A stretch of 63,500 bases of DNA, counting the filler, from Rhabdomonas costata (taxonomy: Eukaryota), in the NCBI GenBank assembly GCA_019059605.1. It is 53 parts of 53 records of this genome, joined end to end, with 100 filler letters (N's around TTAATTAATTAA, not from the genome) between each part and the next. Parts side by side here need not be neighbours in the genome. Positions count along the whole stretch, not along the records: positions 13,210 to 14,310 come from JAHMHO010028599.1; positions 14,411 to 15,511 come from JAHMHO010028600.1; positions 15,612 to 16,712 come from JAHMHO010028601.1; positions 16,813 to 17,913 come from JAHMHO010028602.1; positions 18,014 to 19,114 come from JAHMHO010028603.1; positions 19,215 to 20,314 come from JAHMHO010028604.1; positions 20,415 to 21,514 come from JAHMHO010028605.1; positions 21,615 to 22,714 come from JAHMHO010028606.1; 45 more parts are not named here. One strand, 5' to 3'. A model generated the notes under the pieces. It worked only from the letters and a program-made list of their open reading frames with translations. It ran no database searches and was not told the origin of the DNA. Positions 13,210 to 23,883 of this stretch are shown here, piece after piece. The position numbers were made by a program, and so were the translations under genes. Position 1 is the stretch's first letter; the number at the start of each line of letters is the position of its first letter.

Positions 13210-14295
13210 GCCCCGGTTTACGCCTCGCTTCTTCCTTCCTCGGGAGGCGCGATCGAGGGCTCTGTGCTTGCGGTTCCCGTGGTGGCACCTGTGAGGTCGG
13301 CGAGTGGGGAGCTACTCGCTGTGGTGGGCAATGAGTTTACGGTGGCTCACTTCGACGCATTCCTTCAGCAGGCCTCTGATTGCCTTTGAACTTCTGTCTG
13401 GACCCTATTTTTCAGGCTCGTTTCTGCTGGTCACCCACTGGGCCCATTGACGTTAGTTCTTGAAACAAGGTTTTCACTGCTAAATGGTCATGAACCCCTC
13501 CCCCATCCCGTCCCAATGGAGCGGGAAACCCGAATACATAGCTAACTGCTTACCATATAAAAATGCATTGAGTAGAGGTAATTGACATAGTTAAGCTCAA
13601 CTATACCTAAAAAGTGCCATCATCAAACTTGTGACCGGTGGTGTAGTTTGGCACTGGTAAACGCAATGCCACCCAACCATCGCACTTCCCACTCACCAAC
13701 CCAGCCACCCGCTCGATCGGTGCTAAACATTCGGCGCCCCCTCCCTCCGAAAAGCAGTGCAATGTGTGTAGGTAACCTCGGCTGCGACCTTGAAGGTGGG
13801 TCTGCGGCCAAAGCCAGGTTCTGCTTTCGACGTCGACGAGCTGCCAGCAGGCGCAATGTGTTTGGAAGTCCTGCAGGACTCCGGCGTACCTCGATCATAT
13901 GGTCCGCCATTCCTGCGTGAAATCATGGAGCCGTTAGACCTTCTTCTGCCAACTGGAATCCCACATGGATCGTGCACCCCTCCAGCAAGTCAGCTGTGTA
14001 GCTTTGGATCCGTTGTGCTTATAACGGAGACAGGTTAGCTTGTGTTCTTTTTAGGATACAGGTTAGCTCCTCTCTCTGGAGCGAGAGAATCCAGTTTTCT
14101 TGTGCCTGTGGGGGAGATTTCCCGCACCAACTTCAGCTTAGATGAGAAAACCGAACAGAGTTGCCTTGCCTGTACCCCACGGTTCCCCGCGGTTTCTCTC
14201 AGACTTCCTCCACGCTCTTTGAGGGCACGGTCGCCTTTCTGGTGGAGATCACCACAGGATACCTTTTGGCCAGCTCCATTGTAGGGCAGCAGATG
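13210..14295 (+). CDS. Cache-domain sensor or receptor fragment; exons 13210-13371 and 14203-14295
   Basis: APVYAS...VLAVPVVAPVRSASGELLAVVGNEFTVAHFDAFLQQ|TSSTLFEGTVAFLVEITTGYLLASS follows the dCache pattern (PVY, APV, G.L.GVVG, AFLV..G.LLAS). Confidence 0.7.
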
Positions 14296-14710
14296 GTGTC
14301 CCACACCACANNNNNNNNNNNNNNNNNNNNNNNNNNNNNNNNNNNNNNNNNNNNTTAATTAATTAANNNNNNNNNNNNNNNNNNNNNNNNNNNNNNNNNN
14401 NNNNNNNNNNTGTGTGGTGTGTTTGGGGGGGGGGTAGTGACTGCTCCGCTGCAAAAGATCGTTTTCCCTCTTCTTCTTCCGTTTTATCCGCTCGTTGTTA
14501 CGTCACCCTAACGCTTTGAAACGATGTTAGCTTCCCAGCTGCCATTTGCTTCCATGGCTTCCACAGACTGCTGTGCTGTGCTCAGATCTTCCTTTTCAGG
14601 ATTTCAAGAAATCTTACGGAAACCAGTTATGTCCAAAATCGCCGTTGTGTTTTTCAGTGTCGATCGAAAAGTTACGAATACGGTTTTTAGTTTTCCTTTT
14701 CGAATTATAG

Positions 14711-15018
14711 GGTCTTCTGGGAGCTTGGTTTTCATCATTGTTGGTCTGGTCGGAGGCTTGGCCCTCCTCCTGGCCATAGGCCTCCTGGTGTGGAAGTGGC
14801 GCTGGGTCAAAGGTATGCCCTTCTCGCAGGCTCTCATTTCACCGTGCGATCATAAACACCACGTTGCACCGCGAGTAAAGGGTGGCCCAGTCCCCGGGGT
14901 TGTGGTCTGCATGGACGAACTCGGACCTGGCATCGACGATGAAGACAGGGACGGGAGTGAAATGTATTTGAATGAACTTTCAGAGACGACCACTGAAACC
15001 TACCGCCTCACGTACTGA
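14711..15018 (+). CDS. C-terminal part of a single-pass membrane protein
   Basis: After an AG acceptor, LVFIIVGLVGGLALLLAIGLLVW forms a TM helix followed by a basic KWRWVK stop-transfer and an acidic tail. Confidence 0.5.
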
Positions 15019-15234
15019 AAGCCAGAGGTAATCGGACCATCAAGGGAAATGCAGAAGGTTACGACCAACCACGAAGGCCTACCCGTGCGCAAAATCCGAA
15101 CGCGGTTGATACATGTCCTTTTTCATAAGCAAGACTCTAAAGACGGGGCTTCGCACAATTCTTCTCTCCCTCAGAAACTCCTTTCCTTGCGCGCTTAGCT
15201 GGGAGATTTGTGGAAAACGAGCCAGAGGGGTTAC

Positions 15235-15409
15235 TTGACGTGCGTGGAGTATTCACAGAAGTAGCTGTGCTGCTGCTCCAACAGCGCCATTCGGTCGGAC
15301 AGGAAGACCACCATGTGCTTCGCGGCAATCCCCTCTCGTTTGGGGCGGGGAGGGCGGTCCAACAGGACGTGCTCCGTCACCGCAAGGGCGACAATCGTCT
15401 TTCCCGAAC
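15235..15409 (-). CDS. SF2 helicase exon of the RIG-I/Dicer/FANCM clade (motifs I and Ia)
   Basis: GSGKTIVALAVTEHVL...HMVVFLSDRMALLEQQHSYFCEYS, bounded by CAG and GTAACC. Confidence 0.75.
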
Positions 15410-16812
15410 CTGCCCGCACCACAACCATGAGAGAGAGAGCACTCGGTACGAAGACACCTGGCTCTACAAATCAAGCAGCAGTCCACTCCGCAGCGGCTTG
15501 AACCCAACAACNNNNNNNNNNNNNNNNNNNNNNNNNNNNNNNNNNNNNNNNNNNNTTAATTAATTAANNNNNNNNNNNNNNNNNNNNNNNNNNNNNNNNN
15601 NNNNNNNNNNNTGTGGTGTGTTTGTCTAGGCATGCCTCGACGCCTAGACATGCCTAGACAAACATTGCACAGCAAACGCCTGAAGATAACTAACCACAAT
15701 CAGACCACTCCAGCAAGGTTTGGGTCCCTATACTGCGGCGTACTTTCATTTGATAGACACCGTCATGTTGCTGTGTGTGTGGAATTCTCGTGGGGTGTTT
15801 TTTTTTCGGGTTTGCGGTTTGTGATAATCTTGTGTCTGTTGTCCGGGTTGCCGATTATTTGCCTTCTAGTGTGCTGTGTAGATGTTGTTGTTATGGTGCT
15901 TGGCGGACCGTCTTGTGTGTGATTCGGCATTACCGAATGCTGTGTTTGTATACTGTTGTGGCTATCTATATAAATCCGGTGTGACCATCTGGTGCTGCTC
16001 GACTGTTTTTCCGCTAGCATTTCTTCCTCATATAGATATGTGTCCCACAACACCCACAGGTCCACTAGTACCACTATCCACTCACTGCAAATGCTGAAAG
16101 CACAAGCACTAACACCGTTGCCATTGATCCACAGCACTCGTAACTCCACCACTAGAACGCACACAAGTAGCAGCTTGACCACTACAGTGAGAACACACAG
16201 TAAAACACACTCGGTCACAATGGACACCGTTACACCACCACCTAATACACGCACACAACACACAAATACCAACACTAGGAATATAACGTGGGAGTGCAAA
16301 GCCGGATATGAAGTGGAATGAAATACACAGAGAGGCCCCACAGAATACACGTAAGACCAGACACCCACCGCAGCACACCAGAGGAGACGCAACACCAGGA
16401 AGGCTTTTGGCAACAACAACAACAAGTCACACAATAAAACAATGGACACCAAAGGCGGATAGACATCCAACAAATCAGTAACAGAACCCTACATTCAGAA
16501 GGAACGCTTGAAAACCGCATCATCATCACAGATAGACACACCAAACAAGAACCCAAAAGTACCACACAACGCAATAAACAGTCCAAGCACAGCCATCAAC
16601 GACAGCACCGTATGAAAGTGAGCCACAGCAAACTAGTTATTAAGAAGAATGATGGAAGCTGAAGATAGCGCCAAACTCGTGAAGCCACCAGACGTAAATC
16701 TCACCAACAACCNNNNNNNNNNNNNNNNNNNNNNNNNNNNNNNNNNNNNNNNNNNNTTAATTAATTAANNNNNNNNNNNNNNNNNNNNNNNNNNNNNNNN
16801 NNNNNNNNNNNN

Positions 16813-17913
16813 ATTGATGATAATCTTAAAACATATTTAGATATACCAACTACACATACTGGTTATTATATTGATGCTATTAGTGAATTATCACCATTAG
16901 TTTGTGCTCAAGTTCTTACTGTTAATGGTGTTGCAGTAACTGAAGAAGATATGACAACAAAATATATAAATCTTAATTCTAATTGTAAACTTAATAAAAA
17001 AGGTGTAGTAAGAGAAGGCGATATTTTATGTAAATTCGGTAAATATAAAATAGATGATAATGGTGATTGTAAAACAAGTCAATCATATGGTAAACGAAGT
17101 ATTGTAGATCTTATACCTAGTAAATTTAATACATGTTCATCTGACCCAATTGAGATTGAATTTTGGTCATGTGTCGTTCGAGGATTTGTTACTGCAACTG
17201 TAACATTTAATAAAGAAATAGATTATGGCATTAAAGAAATATATGTTATTGATGGTTATCAACCAGATTATGAAATAATAGGTGGAATCGTATTTATGGA
17301 ATTGACTTTAAATCATATTTATAATTATGTATATGGTATGACTGAAGAACTATATGATATATTAAGTCAATATCAACATGTTAAAAAAAGACATCAACGT
17401 ATTCTTTTTATATCTCATATTTTACTTGATTCATATGTAAATGTTAATGAATTATTAACATGTGGTGAAATTATTATAGCTGTAAACAAAGAAGAAGTAC
17501 AGAATCTTAACGATTTTAGAAAATATTTTAGTATAAATGAAAAAAAAGAATATTGTGTTATTGTCACAAAAACATGTAAGCAAGTCGCTTTACATATCCC
17601 TGAATGTATTAAAATTGATAAACGTTTGTCTCGTCAACATCATTATAATATATCTAAATTATATGATCAATATCCAGATTATTTAAATCAAGTTGATGAT
17701 AATAAAGATATTAAATTAATTAAAGATGTTGAACCTACCGAAAATGATATTAAACAAAAAGAGGATGAACCATTAGATTTAACCACTGAAACATCAACAA
17801 TTGATGTTACAAAATTAAAATTAATAGAACAACCGCCGCCTGTAGTTGCAAATAATGAAACTTCAGAACCATCTAGTGGATTTTTAATTGAAGATAAAAC
17901 AACTGATTCTGAA
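16813..17913 (+). CDS. Deg/HtrA-type serine protease, PDZ region (partial at both ends) on an AT-rich foreign contig
   Basis: Frame is open across the whole contig. GYYIDAISELSPL...VREGDILCKFGKYKIDDNG (PDZ) and YEIIGGIVFMELTLNHI...GEIIIAVNKEEVQNLNDFRK (Deg2/9-type second PDZ). GC about 25% by eye, no introns. Confidence 0.75.
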
Positions 17914-18361
17914 NNNNNNNNNNNNNNNNNNNNNNNNNNNNNNNNNNNNNNNNNNNNTTAATTAATTAANNNNNNNNNNNNNNNNNNNNNNNNNNNNNNN
18001 NNNNNNNNNNNNNTGTTTTTGTTTGGGGTTTTGGTTGTGGAGGTTGAGTTCGTAGGGTGCCTCGAAAGCGGTTTTGTGAAGATTACGTTGAGTTGATGAA
18101 TCAAAAAGGGCTTTGGAAGTGTTTTGTTGTTTTTTGGCCTGTCGTGTTTGAGTAGGAGTTTGATGTTTGCGTAAAGCAATGGGTTGAAGGGTGGTGTGTT
18201 TAATTTCCTCTTTCTTGCTTTTGTTTGGGGTTTTGGTTGTGGAGGTTGAGTTCGTAGGGTGCCTCGAAAGCGGTTTTGTGAAGGTTTGGGCGGTGGAGCT
18301 GTGTATCGTGCGGTGTTTGGCTAGACTTGCCTTGATTTGTTCTGTTTGGCTTCTGCTGTGT

Positions 18362-19114
18362 TCACCTTGCTTCTGCGCACAAGCCTGGCATAGGGGACGC
18401 TGTAAAAGACCAAATGGCACACTTACACCCCCTGGATTGCGCGTGTTTTTCAGAAGTGGAGAAGCCAAAGCACACCACAGGCATCAGGCAGTCGAAGCAT
18501 ACCCTCCACGCGGAAGGGCATCCCACTGATCTTCTCTCCCTCCTACCTTGCAGGACTCTGCTCCGGTCTGCGCTCACCAAGCGCTCTCCACCTGGATGCC
18601 ATGCTCTCACCAAAAGCTTTCGCTTCAGGCGAGGCTTCGACTGCTTTCTCGTCAGAGCGGACTCCATGATACTGCCAACTGATGGCCGGGTCCTGACGCG
18701 CCACCTGATGCGTTCAAGCTACTTTCTCAGCTCGGGAGTAATCACGCTACTGACCTCATCCTAGCTTGGCTGCGGAGGCTCGTCCCAAACGACCTCCTCG
18801 TCTGGATATTCTTCTGCTATCTCGTCACCTTCACCTTCCATGTCAATCTCCTGAGGTCTGTCCGGAACCTTCAACGCCTTACGATCCTCTTCTTCCGAGA
18901 TCCACTCTGGGTCTAACTCTCCAACCTCTGCACTTTCATCGGCACCTTCCCAACAACCAGCACCTTCGGTACCTTCTTCCTCCGACCAAGCCTGAACATC
19001 CCCTCCACACTCTGTGACCGAACTCCTCGCCACATCGTTTGACTCTTCTTCTGAAGCGCTTTCCGCTTCTATGCTCGCTATTTTTTGCCATACTCTCCTG
19101 TTAACCCCAACCCC
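18362..19114 (-). pseudogene. Acidic, then basic/Cys-rich reading frame of about 250 codons broken by two in-frame TAG codons; probable mobile-element or gene relic
   Basis: ORFs 18761-19033 and 18362-18667 lie in the same frame and are separated only by TAGs at about 18763 and 18721. Confidence 0.4.
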
Positions 19115-19793
19115 NNNNNNNNNNNNNNNNNNNNNNNNNNNNNNNNNNNNNNNNNNNNTTAATTAATTAANNNNNNNNNNNNNNNNNNNNNNNNNNNNNN
19201 NNNNNNNNNNNNNNGGTTTTTGGTCTGCTAAAAGTATAAGAAAATCGTCCCAACTTGTTGGGTTTTTTTGGGAGGGGGGGGGTGCTTTTACCTCGACTTG
19301 GACATACTTTTTGCATTGGCTCGCAGTCAATCATATTCCTTTCGAGCTGTCGCATTGGAATAACGGGAACTAGAAGCAAAGCAAAGCAGAACATGCCGTT
19401 TAGGAATTTGAAAATGTCTGCTTGCCAACTTATTTAAATTTGGGCAGATGTTGAGTTTTCACAGTGATAGTCCAGCACAAAGTTTCGGGGAGTGTTGGTG
19501 GCTTTTTCCGCCTATCTAACCAGCCGGTTCCCAGCTGTGGCACATGGTGCTCAGTGTATTCCTGTCCGTGTGTCGAGATGCACAATCGTTGAGGGAGTGC
19601 CTTCGAAACGCTTTAAGAAAACGAACGAACTTGGACGCCCGAACAGACCGAAGGATAGCGTAGTAATTACTCAGTTTCTTATTGCACGAGTATTTAAACA
19701 GTCCAATGACAGAGGTGCTTCTCTTCGTTTTGTTTGGCAGTATTCTAATTCTCTCCGTTTTTTCGTTGGAATTAAGTGTGGGCACATCCACCG

Positions 19794-20259
19794 ATGACAT
19801 CCCCACTATACTTGCTTCCTGCTGACACCTTGGTTTGCAGCTTTCGGAACCTGGAGCAAAATTCGCATCTTAACTCGCGGGTGGTGTGCCGGCAGTTCCG
19901 AGTGCTAGTCGATGAGGCCCTGGTCCAAGAGTGGAAGATCGTGCTGCGGCTCCCAAAGCTCCTGAGACCGGTTGGACGCGTACCACGAGCGAATCCGTGA
20001 AAGCATCCGGTTGAGTTGCTCCGCTGCCGGGATCGCAGTCGGAGAAAAGAACTTCCTGGGATTCTTGCTCCGCATTGCCGCCGAATCCGCTGAAAAATAC
20101 ACCGCTTCACTTCTCGTCAGTAGGAGCGAGAGAACGCAAGCTTCCCTACTTTTCCCCAATCTCACATCGTTTGTCGTGGGTACCGGGTACGTTGAGGATG
20201 CCGAGATAAAAGCTCTTTCTGCCTCGTGTCTCTTCCCCAAGCTTGCGACTTTGGATTTG
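19794..20259 (+). pseudogene. F-box/leucine-rich-repeat protein with an apparent frameshift near 19960
   Basis: LYLLPADTLVCSFRNL...RVVCRQFRVLVDE (F-box) in one frame, then FPNLTSFVV...VEDAEIKALSASCLFPKLATLDL (LRR-like) in the next frame. Truncated by a fold-back. Confidence 0.6.
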
Positions 20260-20535
20260 CACGAGGCAGAAAGAGCTTTTATCTCGGCATCCTCAACGTA
20301 CCCGGTACCCACCANNNNNNNNNNNNNNNNNNNNNNNNNNNNNNNNNNNNNNNNNNNNTTAATTAATTAANNNNNNNNNNNNNNNNNNNNNNNNNNNNNN
20401 NNNNNNNNNNNNNNGGGTTGGTTCTGCAGTTTTGGAGTCCCTCCACAACACTGGCGATTTCGCACTTTCTTCCATTTGGGCGATCCATCTGCGAAAGCAC
20501 CAGTGTTGTGGAGGGACTCCAAAACTGCAGAACCA

Positions 20536-21513
20536 GCCAAAGATGACCAATGCCAAGCACACCCTTGTGCGGGCACGATCCTTTTCACGGCTTTCCTTCA
20601 CCTCAACCGAAAAGGACCCCAGCGACTGAACACAACCGAACTTCTTCTGACCTAAATCAACCAACGACTGCAGATTTCGGGAGATGGTCAAGCGTGATAC
20701 ACCGGAACTCACGTCGAATCTCGTGCGATCATCCTCAGCAGTTGCTCGGGGGTCATATTGCAGATTGCAGTCACTCAGTTCAGACAGCACAGACTTTGGC
20801 AGAGCTCTGGGGCAAACACGAAGTCTCGCGGTGGGGTACTGACGCTCTTGTTGGTCGCCCCCCATACCTTTTTGGCAGAGTATGAAACACTCTTCCTCAA
20901 GCTTGGGCAGATGAAACAATCTCCTGTAGGCGTTTAGAGTGCCCAGATCAAGGTAGTACGGGAACGCAAGAAACAGAGCAAGGGGGTTCACGGCGGCCCT
21001 ATTCGCATCCACCCTTTCAATAAATTTCACAGAAGGATGATTGACAATCGTCTGTAGGGTCTTGATGTCCCGCTGTTTCGGCGTCTCTGTGTACGGCGGC
21101 AGCTGTGTCGGATCCAGTGCCCAGGCCGTGAGCAAGAGAATATCTCCACTCTGAGACATACCTGGAGGGAAGCTTTCCAACACCCTAGTGGCGACCCGCG
21201 ATGACATCATCTTCACGTGAAAGGCCACAGCATCGGTTTCTTTCACCGAGGTGCTCCCTTGAAAGTAGGCCAGATATAATTGGAAAAGTGAATCATCATC
21301 CAATTCCCCCTGTTCAAGAGGTAGCGGATGGAGCATATCTGCGGACTTTTGAAAAAGGCGCAGGAGGGGATCAAACGCTCTGCTTTCGCAAACCTCCAAA
21401 GCAGCAGCAAGAAATTCGTCTGGAAGCTGGTCCCGCGCCGCTCGAAGTGCCATGTTCTCCGACGACAACGCAAATATAAGCGCCTGCTTCATTTCACACC
21501 CCCTCCCCAACAA
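20536..21513 (-). CDS. Hypothetical protein, long intronless open frame (more than 320 codons)
   Basis: Uninterrupted ORF over nearly the whole contig with protein-like composition and no family recognised. The last about 40 codons of the track ORF fall in a fold-back artefact. Confidence 0.6.
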
Positions 21514-22182
21514 CNNNNNNNNNNNNNNNNNNNNNNNNNNNNNNNNNNNNNNNNNNNNTTAATTAATTAANNNNNNNNNNNNNNNNNNNNNNNNNNNNNN
21601 NNNNNNNNNNNNNNGTTTTTGCTGCTATTGGGAAAGGTAGCCTTAGCATGCTTTCAGAGAGAAAACGTAACTTGAGATGGGTCGAAGTCCATCAGCACCA
21701 GACCCTCGTACGCTGTGTTCCATCACCCATCTCAAGTTACGTTTTCTCTCTGAAAGCATGCTAAGGCTACCTTTCCCAATAGCAGCAAAAACAAAGCCAC
21801 AAGCAGCCGTGCTCAAATGCGGTGAGTGCGACGAGAAAAGGCAACTCGTGGTCGGTCCGCTTTGCCTTTTGCGAATGGGGTGCAGCTTGGGGGACGGATT
21901 CTTTCTCACGCTGATGAATTGTATGTGTAGGTGCGAATGACTGTGCCTGAGTGGGGGTGTATTACCCTACGCAGGGGGGGAGCTGATGTGCAGGGCAATG
22001 GGAATATGCAACAAGGAATGGGGGATGGTGAAACCACAACAGGACAGAAGAGGTTTCATTGTCGCGAGACCTGCTGGAACAGTTTGTGTGACATAACAAG
22101 CCCCAGAACTGCCACCACTGAGCCATCCCGGAGGCTTCTGTGCGACAACGCGGGCGAGGCGAGCGGGGGCACGGGAGTGCAC

Positions 22183-22357
22183 CCTGCACGACGCGGTCTT
22201 GCGGGCCTGCAGTGATGCCAAGCCCCACGGTCTCCACCCGAAGGGCCAGCTCAGCCAGCTCGGCATTGCTTAGGCGCTGCGCAGCGGAACCAGCGAGGCC
22301 GCGGATCAGGCACCGCAGAGCAGCAATCACAATTGCGCTGCTTCCCGCAAGGCCAAC
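22183..22357 (-). CDS. Glucuronokinase-like GHMP kinase, internal exon
   Basis: VGLAGSSAIVIAALRCL...LALRVETVGLGITAGPQDRVVQ matches the plant-type glucuronokinase motifs GLxGSSAIV and LGIxAGLQDRV. AG/GT-bounded. Confidence 0.82.
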
Positions 22358-23087
22358 CTAAGCAAGCGAAAACGGGCGTTGTGGTCATGTACCCTTTTCA
22401 GCTCATTGGTTGATTTATTACCTCGGCATCCGCGTCGAAGTTTGCGACCAACTGCTAAATACCAAAAGTGCAACGTCAAAAGCATGACACACACATCTCT
22501 CTCATGCACACTTTGTTGACTAGGCAAAAAGGACTTATTTGTGGGGAAGACTGGCGTTTCTCTTCCCCCCACCCTCGATGGGGCATGGGCCCATCGGGCC
22601 TCACCCATTCTCGCCACCCTGCCTCACGTTACCTTCCCCTGCCTCGCAGGGTTCTTGTCCACCTCGGGACGTACAACCGTGGTGGACGCAGGGCCTTGGG
22701 AACCACGACTGGTGNNNNNNNNNNNNNNNNNNNNNNNNNNNNNNNNNNNNNNNNNNNNTTAATTAATTAANNNNNNNNNNNNNNNNNNNNNNNNNNNNNN
22801 NNNNNNNNNNNNNNTTTTTGTCAAAGCTTAGTGGCTGAAGCTCCCGTCACTTTGCTTACCCTGTTGCCGTAGCGCCGTGTTATTCCCAGTCAAAATAAAG
22901 GGGAACAACAATCATCAACCAAAGACATAGAAAAGATAGAATTTCTTTGGAAAGAAAACGTCCTCTCACACAAGTTGGGGGATGATAATGGACTTAAACA
23001 TTGAAATCCGTAGCATTCATCATTTCATATCCAATCCGAAAAGGCAACAGTTGTGTTTGGATCCAAAGCAGGTCACAAGCGCAGCAC

Positions 23088-23883
23088 CGTGTTGGGACCC
23101 AGAGCGACAAGGCTGGGCTCGATATCGATCGTGATGCGGGCGACATCCTCGTCCTGCACAACGTCCTTCACGCACAGCTCTCGGAGGGAAATCAGGAAGG
23201 CCTGACAATCGGGAAAAAAGACACAGACAGACCGGATGCAGCAGCAGCTGGATAGGTAGTACACGCGGAGTTGAGTTGTGGTGTCATTCCAACTTTCGCT
23301 TCGTCCACTGTGTTTTGCCTTTCGCGTCATCTCCCACGACACTCGCAACAGCGTGGGGAAACCAGCCGGCAACCACAACATTTATCAAACTGGGGGGAAA
23401 TGTATCAGCAAGGCCAACGCCAACTTCAGTTGTGGATACTGGATACTGAATGCGAATATTGCAAGTGGAATCAGCTGGTAGGCGATGGCGCCACACCCAC
23501 ACACGCATACACAGATACATGCTGCATCACTGCTGTGAAGATCTTTTTTCTTAGGAATATGCATCCAGTGCCTGGGCCCTTCTCGGGATGCGGATCACTC
23601 CTGCCGGCTTTCACGGTTCCTGGCATGTCTCAATGGATCATTGAACCGCAGTTCTAAGGGTCCCAACTTTTCCCGCTGGTCCTGTGTGCTTGCATGCGCA
23701 CCACATGGTTGCTATGGGCGGCGTTGAGCACGGGGATTTTGGTGAGGAAGGCGTAGAGGTAGCCGTTCTTGGAGCTCACAGTGAGGATCTGGCCATCGTC
23801 GGTCCACTCCACCCGAGTCAGCGCCCCGAACTCGTTCTCCAGCTCAAACTTCTCCGACCGTTGCTCCTGGAGGTCCCACACTC
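23088..23883 (-). CDS. WDR19: Intraflagellar transport protein IFT144/WDR19 fragment; exons about 23883-23702 and 23201-23088
   Basis: VEWTDDGQILTVSSKNGYLYAFLTKIPVL...HV|AFLISLRELCV...ITIDIEPSLVALGP. GT-AG intron is phase 0. Confidence 0.85.

Noticed and set aside
15763..16473. 236-aa hydrophobic ORF, and similar Val/Cys-rich or GQDRT-repeat ORFs
   Set aside because: These are by-products of TG/CA skew or microsatellites and show no family motifs.
15235..17913. Apparent clustering of an antiviral-like helicase with a virus-like contig
   Set aside because: They are on separate contigs that appear to be ordered by length, so adjacency carries no information.
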